From contig OZ176054.1 of NCBI GenBank assembly GCA_964247055.1, positions 7,068,001-7,132,000 on the forward strand: DNA of 64,000 nt. The letters are read 5' to 3'. Below, piece by piece: positions 14,901-28,700 of this stretch (the stretch's first letter is position 1; each line of letters starts with the position of its first letter). Both the position numbers and the translations under genes were made by a program. This DNA comes from Paragordius varius (Eukaryota; Animalia; Nematomorpha). Under the pieces are notes generated by a model. The model was not told where the DNA came from, searched no databases, and was given only the letters and a program-made list of their open reading frames with translations.

Positions 14901-15847
14901 AATCTAATTCAGGCAAATACCTCAGCAAATATTAAAGATAATTGGTTATGTAATTGACCTTTTTAACATTATTTGACAATATTTTTAATTCTTGTAGCGC
15001 AGTGCTTATATTTATCCCGTTTCTTTAACAAAAAACTTTATATTCTTTTTTTGTTTCTGACCGGATGATTTGTTCATCATAAATTTTTATTACAGCTATA
15101 AATTAAAATTCTATTACTTTGATACAAAAAAGTTCCAAAATAACTTTTGTACTGAACATATTATTTTGGCTACACCACACTAGAGTTAGGAAGATACAAA
15201 ATACGACAATTATTCAAAAAACATATAAAACCTTAAAAGACTCATTATGTCACCAAACAACACTGCTACGAATGTCATGTTTTTTATGACCCAATCTTGT
15301 AATTTTATTTTGTACTCCTATTCTCTCCCCATATAGACAAATACCCTCATACTACATATTTTATATATTTTAGTCTACACAATATTAATTTTTCACTTTA
15401 CCTTCACGAACCGTCCCATCTAATAAAACCCCTTTGTTGATAGAAAAAGAAATTAATTAGCCTTCTTATCTTTTTTTTACTATTCTACAAATAATATTAA
15501 TTACTGAAAATGGCTGCTCACATAGCCCACAAAAAGTCATAAAAAATTACCCAAGTTGAATAAATAATGACTCCGACAAATGTCTTAGCATTGACTAGGC
15601 CATATCGTCATCGGCATAGCTCTTACAACTGAACTAATTATTATTATTAAATTTAATTATATCTACTGATTCTTTTTGTTTGGTGAACGAGACCCCAATC
15701 TGTAATTAGTTTAATTACCCTATAACTTTCGTCCTTTTTATTATTTTATTAGTTGATCTTAAAAACAAACCAACTCCATTCATTAACTGCTGCAGTTCTC
15801 CAAATTATATTAAAACAAATATTATTCCAAGAGAAAATAATTTCAAA

Positions 15848-18800
15848 ATGATTTCCATAACACATCGTGTCAAAAGCTTTGCAACCGTATTTGCTTTGAT
15901 CATATCTTTAGCAGCGGTAAAAAAATTTTTATTTTGTATTTGTACAAGTTAAAAATGCCATTTCATACGTATATATAAAAAATGTGATTTCTTATGACCA
16001 TGAAAATGTAAGTTGAACGCGGTTAATAAGGAAAAGCATAAATATGCACAAGGCAATAAGGAACTTAAAAAGAGTAAAATTTTAATTCCTTTATGAAATG
16101 CTTCTAATTAAAATCTTGTTAAAACGAACATTTATATATTTGTATTTTTTGAATTGTCCGATAAAGATATTAAAATTTAGCTGAATATGTATATTTAAAA
16201 TAGCCATTTTTTCCAAATTATGTTATAAATTAATAAGGCATTGATCAGTATTATTTATTGACATATTTAGGTCGTAAATGGGATACAGGGAGATCAATTT
16301 GATGACTTTTTACGTTTGTTAAAAATGCCCATATCTTCCATGTCAGAAACTAAACCCTACTTAACCATTCCAAACACTGATAAATTCTTAGATAATTCGG
16401 ACACAATGGTAATTCAACCAGTCAAAAATCTTACAGATACTAAAGCCGTTCGGGTGAAACAAGAACCGTTGACGCAAAAAAATGCGTTTGGTGATGCAAT
16501 GTTTGCTTTGATGGATGAAAGTGATAAAACATCATCAGCAAACATGAATAATCCCTTTTTATTTTCCGGTTCAGAGCATTTGAAATATGCAGGATCTCCC
16601 CAACTTCAATCTCAACAACACCTATTGATTCTAGATAAAAATCGCAATAATAATAACTTGATATTTCCACCTCCATCGGGTTTGGCTAATATGCAATCCT
16701 CATCCTCTCAAAATGGTATTAGAGCTGGTGCTATTGATACGGGTTTATCATTCATAGACCTCGAAAGTGGTATAATCGCCTGTCAATTCAATGAAACTTC
16801 CCCGTTAACGGTTCACAATATAACAATCATCTGCGACGGGAAAATCGATTGTTTAGATGGAGCAGACGAAACTAATGAACATTGCAAAGGTTTCGTATAT
16901 TTTTTATTTTTTTTAGAATTTTAACTTTGAGAGTTTTATTGGAATTTATAAAACCTACATTATACTATATTTGCATAGCTATTAAAATTTATGGAATATT
17001 AAAAATTATTTTTAATGTTTTAAGCATATAAAATTCCATAAAAGTTGAGGGTATAAATCGATGCCCGGTTTATTTTCTGTAACTAATTTTGTTTTAAATT
17101 TTTTCTAAGCGGAAACTAAACATTAATATTTGAATCCTACTCATTCTTGCAAAAATAAATCAGCCGGCATTAACAAAGGTTTTATAAGGTAAATTTTAAT
17201 TTATAATATAAGGTTAGTTTGATAGAAAAAATAATGATATATTGCAAAACTCTAAAACAAATATCAATATTTATTATACATCCTTTTTTGAATGCATTTT
17301 TTTAATGATTTAATGAAGTACACCTCTATATAAATCTCAGCTCTCCACACATGTTATTTTATTTTACATAATTACAAATAGAAGAAATATTTTAAATACT
17401 ACCTGTTTTTTATTTCAAATTATTTCTCTTACTGATATATGCAAACATTTGTTTGTTTACCTGTGGAAAAAAGTATATAGGAATTTTTATATATGAAACC
17501 ATGTATATATATATGAAGATAGGTTTTAATTTTTGATAAATACAAAAAGAAAGATGAGACGACAAGGGGATGTTACAGCAGAAATAGTAATAAAAAAATA
17601 GAGAAGTGAACGTGTTATTGACCTTTGATTTATGAGTTTATGTAGGATGATATGATAATTTTTTTATTATCGTCATTATAATTTTCTGCATATTAGACAA
17701 AAAAATGTACTGTAAAATATAGAACTCTTAAATCAAAGAGGATTAAGCATGCAGCATGTTATGTAAAAAAATCTCAAAATATAAAAAGTTCAACAATAAT
17801 AAAACACATTTTATTAATAAAATGGTCAACAACCATTGTTCTACACCAAGTCATAATGGAATCAAAAAATTTAAAAAGATTACATTTATAACCGTAAAAG
17901 CGGAACAGATCGCAACCGTTAGATGGGTAATCTTAATAGTTTTTGGCCAATTTATCCCAGAAAACAAAAGGCTTGAATACAATATTAATATTTATAGGCT
18001 AGAATAAATCAGAATTTTGTATAAACGGCATTTTTATACAACTAATACAATTTGTTGACAATTATATATATTTAATATAAAAAACTATTTAATTCTCATG
18101 TTTTGAGAAAATATTTGATTTGGAAAGAATGTAATATCTTAGGAGGTCTATAAACTATTTTTAAAATTCTCGTCATCCTTAAAGTTTAACCAGTTTGTTA
18201 TCACTAACGATTGGTTGAATAACCATGTAAAACAAAACGTTTATTGTTCGAACCAGCCATGTGAATATTAATATATTACGAATATTGTTTTATTTAAACT
18301 AATACTCGTATTATTTTATATAGCGACATGTAACCCCGAATGCGAAAAAGGGAAAGGAATCTGTTTGTTAGGAACGAGCAATCTGCCAGGAAAATGTTAT
18401 TGCGTCGAAGGGTATGGTGGAGAGACATGTTCTCAACCAGGTAGACCATACACAATTTTTAAAAAATACTGAATCACAATTAAAAATTAAACATTCTCTT
18501 GTTGGTTATTATCTTAAAAAATAATTAAATAATTAAAATAAATTAATTAGATATGATTAAAAGGTGATTTTTACAAATTTTATAATTGGCTAATATAATT
18601 TTTAATTTTAGATGAAAACGAATGTATAGTCAATCCGTGTGGTAATTATGCCTTATGTACAAATACGGTAGGCAGTTACAAATGTGAATGTATTCCAGGA
18701 TTCTCCGGTGACGGATTTAACTGTGAAGGTACCTAGAATTTTTTTTATTTTAGTTACCCTTTTATATGGTACCGATGTATTAAAATTAAAATGAATATAT

Positions 18801-19727
18801 TTTTTCATATGTTTGACATACGAATATAAAATATCACCCTTAAAGTAATATTTATATTAAATTATTGTTGTTTTAGATATTGATGAATGTGCTTTGGGTA
18901 CCCATACATGCAATGATGAAGAGGTGTGTTTTAATTTGCAAGGAACGTACAAATGCGGAGATTGTCCAACTGGCACGAGGCGAGATGGTAAAATTTGTAA
19001 AGGTATGCGGCCAATTATTGGGTCCTGATGATTAACAATTTCAGAAAATTAAACATCGTTTATAAGAAAAATAACTTTAAAATTCATTTCTTGCTACTAA
19101 AGCTGGTATATTTGGCCTTTGATTTATCATTTAAGGTTTATGAGTTTATTAAATAAGATCCATATAAATTATATCAATTTCAATTTTTATTTAACGATAT
19201 TCAATCCATAGATATCAATGAGTGTGTCGAAAATATCCATGATTGTGATTTAAATGCTCAATGTATTGATGTAGCTCAAAGTTATACCTGTGAATGCAAC
19301 CCTGGTTTCAGCGGGGATGGTAAAACTTGCTCAGGTAAAGTGGAAGATTCAGTACTTAATATAAATTTTTAGCAAATTATCAGAATTATATTCAAATTTT
19401 TTAAACACCCTTTAAAAATCAAACTTTTCAAAAGTCGCCTAATAATTTTACACCAAAAATTATTTTATATTCTACATATATAATATATAAAAATATTTAA
19501 GAGCCTAGAATAAACTTAATTATTTACAATTGAGAAATTCATTAAATTTAACTTTAAAATTTGTCTAGATATTGATGAATGCGCATCTGTGACATTAAAT
19601 AAATGTGATGCAAATTCCCAATGTATAAACAACATGGGTGGTTACAACTGTACTTGTAACTTTGGTTTTAGCGGAAACGGATTTCAATGCACTGAAGGTT
19701 GATCTTAAATAAAAAATATCATATTTC

Positions 19728-19780
<53 letters not shown>

Positions 19781-22700
19781 TAAGTACAAAAAAGAGGGTC
19801 ATTTTGATTTAACGAAAAATTTTTGATAGCTTATGATCAGCGTATTCATTTGCCGCAAAATTTTTATTTGTTGACAATCTAGTTTTTGAAATATTGAGAG
19901 AAAATCAAAATCGGGCAAAAAGTGAAAATTAAGGATAATAAAGATAATTCAAAAAATAGATCTGAAATATTATCGTTTATTATCATTTTAGTAGATATTT
20001 TCAATATATAAATAGCCTAAAATCATATAGTTGTTTCTATAAAACTTCAGGTCAAAAGATGGAGTTTTTCTTTAATGACACTTAAAAGACAAAAAAAATT
20101 TGATGAAACTATATTAAAATAATTTTTTTTAATTATTTACTACCTAAACTCACTATTAATAATCTTAACATTCATATTTTATTCAGTAAACTAAACTTCT
20201 AAATCAAAATAAAACCAAAAATATTGTTTTTTATTTTTTTTGTCATCTGGTTTATGAGTATATATAAAATTTATACTGTTTTATTTTGGATTCTTACATG
20301 ATTATGAATTATTAAGTAGATAATTTATGCAAAATAGGATTTAAAAGTAGTGGAATATCAACAACAATCCTTACAAATCCCTGTAATAAGTCTGTTTTAA
20401 CACCAATAAATATTTTTATTGGGATTTGTACGTATTGGTTGATATCTACTTTTAAATCCTATTTAAGTTATATACTAAATATCCCCACTCATGTAAGATT
20501 AAAATATAAAACAGTATAATTTTTTATACACTCATAAACCAAATGACAAAGTTCGAAAATAAAAAAACAATATTTTTGGTTCAATTTTAATATATAAGTT
20601 TTTACTGAATAAAATATGAATGTTAAGATTTTAATAGTGAGTTTAGGTAGTAAAATTATTGTAATATAATTTCATCAAATTTTTTTGTCTTTTAAGTGTG
20701 ATAAAAGAACGCCATATTTTGAGCTGAAATTTACGAAACCCTAACTATATGATTTTAGGCTGATTAAATATTGAAAATATATCCTAAAAGGATAATAAAC
20801 CATAATATCTCAAATTTTATTATTATTTTTTAAATTATCTTTAATTATCCATAATTTTTACTTTTTGCCCGATTTCGATTTTTTCTCAATATTTCAAAGA
20901 CAAGGCTGTCAACAAATAAAATGTTTTGCGGCAAATGATGCTGGTCATAAGCTAACTCATGAAAAAAAAATTTTGTTAAAAAAAATTAACCCTCTTTTTT
21001 GCACACAGTGTATATAATATATATATTAAAAAAATAATTTATGTCTAACTGTATTATGCGCAAAGATATTTTAACGGACTTCAATACTAACCGCGTATCC
21101 AATGAGTTGATTCGTACCAAATCTGGAAACGTAAACAATATGATTATTCCTTTGAAAGATGGAGGCGGTGAAATAGGGAACAAAGATAGCAGTTTAACAT
21201 TAGTTAAAAATAAAAATTTAATTGGGCTACCAGCCATAACGACGACCCCAGCGGTAAATAGCGAAGATGCTTACACATGTATTGATTTTTGTGACGTTAA
21301 CGCTGAATGCTACATCCCTCGATTATCGGGTGAAACGGGGGACCCTTATTGCAAATGTAAAGTTGGTTTCCAAGGCAACGGACTAATCTGTGCAGGTTAA
21401 TCATAAATTATTAATGGACCAAGAAAATTAAAAAATATTTTGCGATACATTTAAATTTCGAAAATTTGGCTCTTACGTTAATTTCTATTGATTATATTTG
21501 ATTTGGCTTTCAGACATTGATGAATGCTCCTTTAACACAACCAACTTTTGTGGCCCACATAAAAAATGCGTAAATGCAATCGGTAGTTATGTATGCGTTT
21601 GTGAATCCGGTTATGAAGCTATTGAAGGTGGAAAATGCAAAGGTAATATTATTTTTTACATATCATAATATATTATTTTTTAATTTAACTGTGAGATTAC
21701 TATTTATTATAATAAAAATTGGATATTTTATTAAGACATTGACGAATGCCTCAACGTAGCTAAATATCCATGCCCTTCTAACTCGGTTTGTAAAAATGAA
21801 GAAGGATCTTATATCTGTGAATGCAATCAAGGTTATTCATTCAAAAACGGAGAGTGCATAGGTTATTTCCTTTTTATATAATTTAGAATATACTGACAAA
21901 ATAATTTAAAAAACTTTATCATAACTCGTTTTTTTGAATTTATCAGACATAAACGAATGCCTTGAAAATGGTGTTGCCTCACCATGCCCTACTAATGCAA
22001 AATGCATTAATCTTAACGGAACTTATGATTGCGAATGTTTACCAGGATTCAAAGCCAATTACATTGAAAAGAGCTTTAATCTATCAACCTCTTTACCCAA
22101 ACAACAGCAATTATTATTTGGATCCCCAGAACGACCTGATCTATTAAAAACTCGGTTCACATGTGAGGATGTAAATGAATGTGAAGAAAGCACAAAAGTC
22201 CGTGGAGGCCAATCACCGTGTTTCTTTGATGCAAACACAGAATGTGTAAACACACGGGGTGGTTTTGAATGTCCGTGTAGATCTGGATACAGGAGAGATC
22301 CGATAGCTTCAATCGGTACAGGACGCTTATTTAACCCAGATAATACTTTTAACGTTAGCAACATTCCAAAATGCATAGATATTGATGAATGCGCCGAATC
22401 AACTATCGCACTTAAGATTCTGTCGGAAAAAAAGTAATGGGTGTTATCTGTTCACTTTTCAACCTAATTAACTATTTTAGTGTCAAGTTATGGTTATATT
22501 TTTTTATTATTACTAAAAACTACATAATTACATAAATAGATATCATTTCCCTATAAACCGTTTTTGTGCAAAAACTATAATAGCCATTTAAAAAACATTA
22601 AGAAAATTTTAAAATCGTATATTTACGTTTTATACCAAATATTTAAAGTTAGAAAAAGTTGTCGATATTATTATATATTTATATAGAGCTACAACAAGCA

Positions 22701-25700
22701 AAAATCTATTTTCGTCTGCCCGAACTTATGCTGAGTTTAGATTCAATTTCACAACGACGGCTGACGATGAACCCGAAATGGATGAAACAAGTGATGAGAT
22801 GACTGATACTAGTTTATGCCCTCGAAAATTAAATTTGATATGTAAAAATCTACCAGGAACCTATAAGTGTGCATGCGCTAAAGGATACACAGTGGCCAAT
22901 AAAAATACGGATGTACTAAATGTTGCTGATATTCATCCACATTTACCACAATGTATTGATGTGAATGAATGTGACGCAAAACATGAAAAGGTATGCGGGC
23001 TAATTCCACACTCCAAATGTCTTAACATCGAGGGAAGTTTTGAATGTGTATGTGATTCGGGTTTTCGTAAAACTGTTATGCCTTCAACATTGCCTAACCT
23101 CAATTTAACTACTGCAATCGATAAAAATTTAAATGCTATGCAATGCCAAGACATCAATGAATGCGCAGAATATGTCGCAGAGATGAATAAGAAAAAATCT
23201 GATAAAGATAAAGAAAGTAATTCACCATTTGATTTGTGTCGGGATAAAAACAAAATGGATAATACTCAATGCACAAATACGCTGGGATCATATAAATGTG
23301 GATGTTTAAACGGGTATGTAGAAACGGGACAAAATGGAACAGGAGGTAAGACAAATAAATGCATTGATATAAATGAATGCGATTTGAATCAATACAAGCG
23401 GTATTTAAACATAACTCATGATGTGATAACAAAAGATTTGCAATCATCATCCCAATCGCAATTTTATGTTTCATTTTTGGAAACTTTACAAACGCATCCC
23501 ATATTTGTGAATGTAATGCAAAAAGAAGCACGATTCACTAATTTAACGTTAGCGCTAAAGAGTGGGGATATACCACATTTATTAAAGGAGGATCATAGTG
23601 GTGTATTATCACCCCACAGCTTTTCACCAATTATTATGGAATTAGTCAAAGAAATTTCCAGTAACTTAGCGGAAGAATACATTCCTGCAAGAACGATTCA
23701 TGCATGTTCATACTTCATTAAAGGTATTTTAAATACACATTAACATTTATATTTGAATTCACTGCAATATTCATATTTGTACGTTTAATGATAAAAAATG
23801 CGATGAAATATTATATTAAATCATGAAGGTTGTTGAAAAAATAAATTTTAAATTTTTGAATAATCCTCTTATGTAGCCTCTTTTTATAATAGATTTTTGC
23901 TTTCTCAAAAAATAATTTAGTTTAGTTCAGGGGATATAATTCGAAATACTTTACTTTAAGTCATGTTAAGATAGCATATACAGTGACTATCAATCAAATA
24001 CCCGGTTTATAGCGGACAATATTAGACCAAGACATCGTATAGTTAAACTTTGAAAATAGTAGTTAGAAATATTAAATTTGTCGTTTGTTTTCAAAGTTTT
24101 CTGACAAAAGTAACCTAATTTTGTGGCTTCAATTTCCTAAATAATTTTCCGAAGCCTTTATTTTTAACGCATAAAATACCACAAACTGTCAAATATTACA
24201 CAACAAAATTCTTTTTAATGATTTTCATCTATTTTTTGCATCGCGCTTGTTGTTAGGATCCCAATGTACCAACACTATGGGCTCATTTCAATGTGTCTGT
24301 CCCTTCGGTCAAACCATTAATACAACAACTCTAGCGTGCGTAGACATTGATGAATGCAATAATGTTAACGATTTAGAGAATGCGAATCCGTGTAAATCTA
24401 TCGCAAATTCTCATTGTGTTAACATAATAACCACAGATACTGATAGCAATACTGCTAATACGGTTAATACGGCAACCAAACAGCGCCGAGGATATAAATG
24501 TGTCTGTGATGCAGGATATAGTTTCAATCAAAGTACTCAATCATGCCAAGATATTAATGAATGTGAAACAGTTACTAAAATAAATCCATGTCAAAAACTT
24601 GCTATAACCAACATGACGGGTGATGGCAACTTTTACAATGATCAACCTGGTAGCTTATATTTTTTTATTAATAAATTTTAAGGAATTTTACTTTAGAAAT
24701 GGAAATTATTTTATTTTTAAAAGGAATACATCCCACATGTCACAATACACAAGGTGGTTTTGACTGTCTCTGTCCTAAAACAGGATTTAAATCAATCTAC
24801 AATTTAAGGGCCAAAAAAACGGGAGGCTTGGATTTGCTTTGGTGCGAAGATATTGATGAATGCGAAACAGCCACTCTAGTGAAATCTATAGAGGCCTTAC
24901 CATGTTCTGAGGTATCAAACTCAATATGCCTCAATAAGGTTGGTTCTTTCGATTGCATTTGTCCCGACGGATATAAGAAAATCCGCAAGGAGATAAAAAC
25001 GGCAGATAACACTACACAAATAAGGTATGATTGTTTGGATGTGGATGAATGCACTCAACCTGGTACGAAATCTGATTGCGAAGCTAGGGTTAAAGGCTCT
25101 CAGTGCCATAATAAGGACGGTGGATATGAATGCTTGTGCCCTAAAGGCACCAATTTTGTGGCCCTTTCTCAAGCTAATGTATCGCTCTTCTCGTCCCCAT
25201 CAAACACGGGTAATAAAACTGTACAACTATTTTCATTGTTTCACCGAGAAACTGATAGTAATGATAACATAAATTCCAGTACACCTATGCATAAAAGTAG
25301 TATGCTAACAGGCCATTGTCGAGATATAAACGAATGTCTCGTAGCACGTAAGATTACCGATATTTGTCCGAGCGCAAAACATGTTTGTCGAAATACTCAC
25401 GGTTCATATGAATGTAGTTGTCCCTTGGGATATGTGGAAAAAACTTTAACCAAAATTTATGACACCACATCTGCCAATCCCTTAATATCATCAAAAAACT
25501 CTACTAACGATCAACAACCTAAAACAGTTTGCCAAGATATTGATGAATGTAAGGCCGGTAAGGATCCATGCTTAGCCCGCGGAAATAATCATAGTCGGTG
25601 TTATAATTTACCAGGCTCCTATGAATGTCAATGTGTTGAAGGTTTTTCATTTGATTCAACTCTATCACGGTGTATCAATATTAATGAATGTTTGTACAAT

Positions 25701-28700
25701 GCATCGACGGGGAATGCCAAAGCCAAAAATGGAAATGGAAAAAACAATGGGAAACAGTCAGGCTTTCTTGTGTGCGATAGGGAAACGACTGATTGTATAG
25801 ATACCGAAGGATCTTATACATGTCAATGTAAACCAGGCTATCAAATTGATGTGGAGGAATTCATTAGAAAAAATGGGTTGAAAAACGAAACTTTTGGTAA
25901 GTTTCGACAATATTTTATCATTTTTTACGTACAATAAAAAACTTATGTTACATTTAAACCCATCATAGATTCAGAAGGAGCTGTATTTAATTATGCTCGT
26001 CGAAAGCGAATACTGTTTAAGTGCATCGATATTGATGAATGTCAAATCATGGTAAACCAATACATTGATGATAATGCTAAGAACTCTAATCGCACAACCA
26101 AAGTGGGTACTAAAAAACAAGGTAAACGATCGATAGCAAGCGGGGGTTTGAAGTTACCGACATCCTCTTGGAGTTCCATATCATCCAAATATACAAAGAA
26201 AAAACTTATACAATATGATACATTTTCTACCATGCAACATTTGGTACCATTAACAGACAAAGAAACGTCTCCTAACCTACAACATTGCCACGAGGATCGC
26301 GCCATATGCATAAACAATCCAGGTACTTTTATAGTTCTTAAGTTATTGTAATAAGGGGGTAATTGCGTTAAACACCTCACAAGGTATTATTATTAACTTT
26401 ATCAAATTAAAAAAATTAAGTCACTGAGAAAATCCACAATGCGATTTTTTTGGTTCATGATACGATTGAAACGTTAACATATGTTTGATAAAACTCTTTC
26501 TATTTACTTTTCAAACCGATTTCAAATTAGTGTCGGATAAAAAATATATCTAATAACTTTTTCCATCAAAGGATCATACACTTGTAAGTGTAAGACAGGC
26601 TTTAGAGGTGACGGTTTCTCGTGTGTCGACAGAAACGAATGTGAGGAGAATGATGATATTTGCGGCCCAAACACATCTTGCAAAAACAAAATCGGATCCT
26701 ACGAATGCCAATGTTTGCCGGGCTACTATGAAAAAACTAATAATCAAACTACCAAGGAGGAAATGAATGATCATTTTATATCTGTAAATGATATTGTTAA
26801 CGAAGTTGCCGAAGATTTTTTGGCTGAACAACAAAACTTAACTCTACCACACAACAAAAACAACACACTGAAAGGGAAATTAACACCTCAAACAATTCAA
26901 TGTGTCAATGTTAATGAATGTCAAACTGGGAAACATGTGTGCGATTTAACAACTAGTCAATGCATTGATAAAGGTTAATTACTTCTTCATAGGAATTAAT
27001 AGTTATAACTATCTTAAAACATTTACCAAATGATATCTGGGACAATTAATAAGGAAGATGGATTTTTAAAAATATTGTTTGATAACTTATCAGTGTGTCA
27101 TTCACGGTCATAACCAGTCAGTGTTTTAGAAATAAAATAAACTTTACTGATTAAACTTTGTTGAATAGTGTTATGTTTAATTAATATTTTTAGTTTTGAA
27201 AATTCCACATATATAAAAAAATTGATAACTTATACAGATATATCTATGTTAGAAAGGTGACTGATTTGAAATCTGTAATAGGGTTTATCTAATCAATTTC
27301 TAAGCACCCAAATAAATGATTACAATCCTATTATTTTATATCATTCTTTTTTAAAATAATATAGAGGGTACATATGCATGCGTGTGTCGCAAAGGTTTTA
27401 AAGCATCTTCCAAACATTCCAAATCCGCAACTACGAACGACATTGGGTTAAATTCTTTTAATTTACCGGCGGGTGAAAGCGTATTTCATCCTACCAACAA
27501 AGCCTACAAAAATGTTTATCGTTTTGCGTGTGAAGATATCGATGAATGTACCTCCGAAGTTGTATCTGAAAATGCAAATGTCAAGAACGAAATTGAAGAT
27601 ATGAATCAAAGTTTGCTTGCTAAAAATGGCCAAAATGACACGGGGGTATTACCTTGTCACCCATTAGCAACTTGTCAAAATACATTCGGTGCTTTCAAAT
27701 GCACATGTCTAAAAGGATACACCGGGGATGGAAAACGTAGTTGTTTAGGTAGGCTGATTTGCAAAGATTAACAATACTTTGGACTTTATTTTTTAATCAA
27801 ATTTAGTATACAATAACGAGGTATTATAGGTCATTTCAATATTGAGGGATAAAATTTACATGTTTATAGCCATATATGTGGTTTTTTGTTTATATTTTAT
27901 GGAAAAAATACAGTATTAAAAAATGAAAAATCTGATACATGGCAGCAGAAATATTAATAGAATCTAGAATTAAGCCATTAATACCGAAACGGCCTATAAT
28001 ATATCTCATTAATGGAATGGTTAGATATCAAAGAATGGCTTATAGTTTTTTTAAAATTTAAACATTAGTTATTGGGTTGTAAATGTAAAATGGCTATTTA
28101 TGTTGTATAGAAGTTTCCACGGTCAAAAGCACAGTAAAATTAATGGCATCATCAACTAATAAAGCGCAAATAACTAAAATATCCCCTACTTCTCTTGTAG
28201 CAACAAAAGGTACTACAATGAATCCAATAACAAGCTCTACAACAATATTTGATATAATTACAATGGAATCAACAACACCCTTTTCAAACCGCATACTTCA
28301 AGCCAGTGATCAAAAGTTACTAAGTAAACAAATAATTTTTTCTTGAATATAGCGTTTTTTTTTAGAAATGAGATGTATTTTGTTAAAAATGGGTGTTTTT
28401 CATACATAGTAACTTGATGTTGTTGAAAACCTAATTTATCATATTAATTAATAAATTTTTTTACAAAAAATCACAAAAGATCCTATATTCTTTATTAATA
28501 GAGCCGTTAAAAGCCGAAAAGCCTAAAATGATTATTATGGATGAAGGAGAAAAAGAGAGCAAAGCAAAAAAATCTGGTTTGATTAATAAATAATTGCTTA
28601 AAAATTACCTTTCTATTAAGGTTTAATTATTGTACCCTCTTTCCCTCATATTATATTTAGACCCAGTACTTATATCGTTCGAAAGCCTAAAAAATATTGA

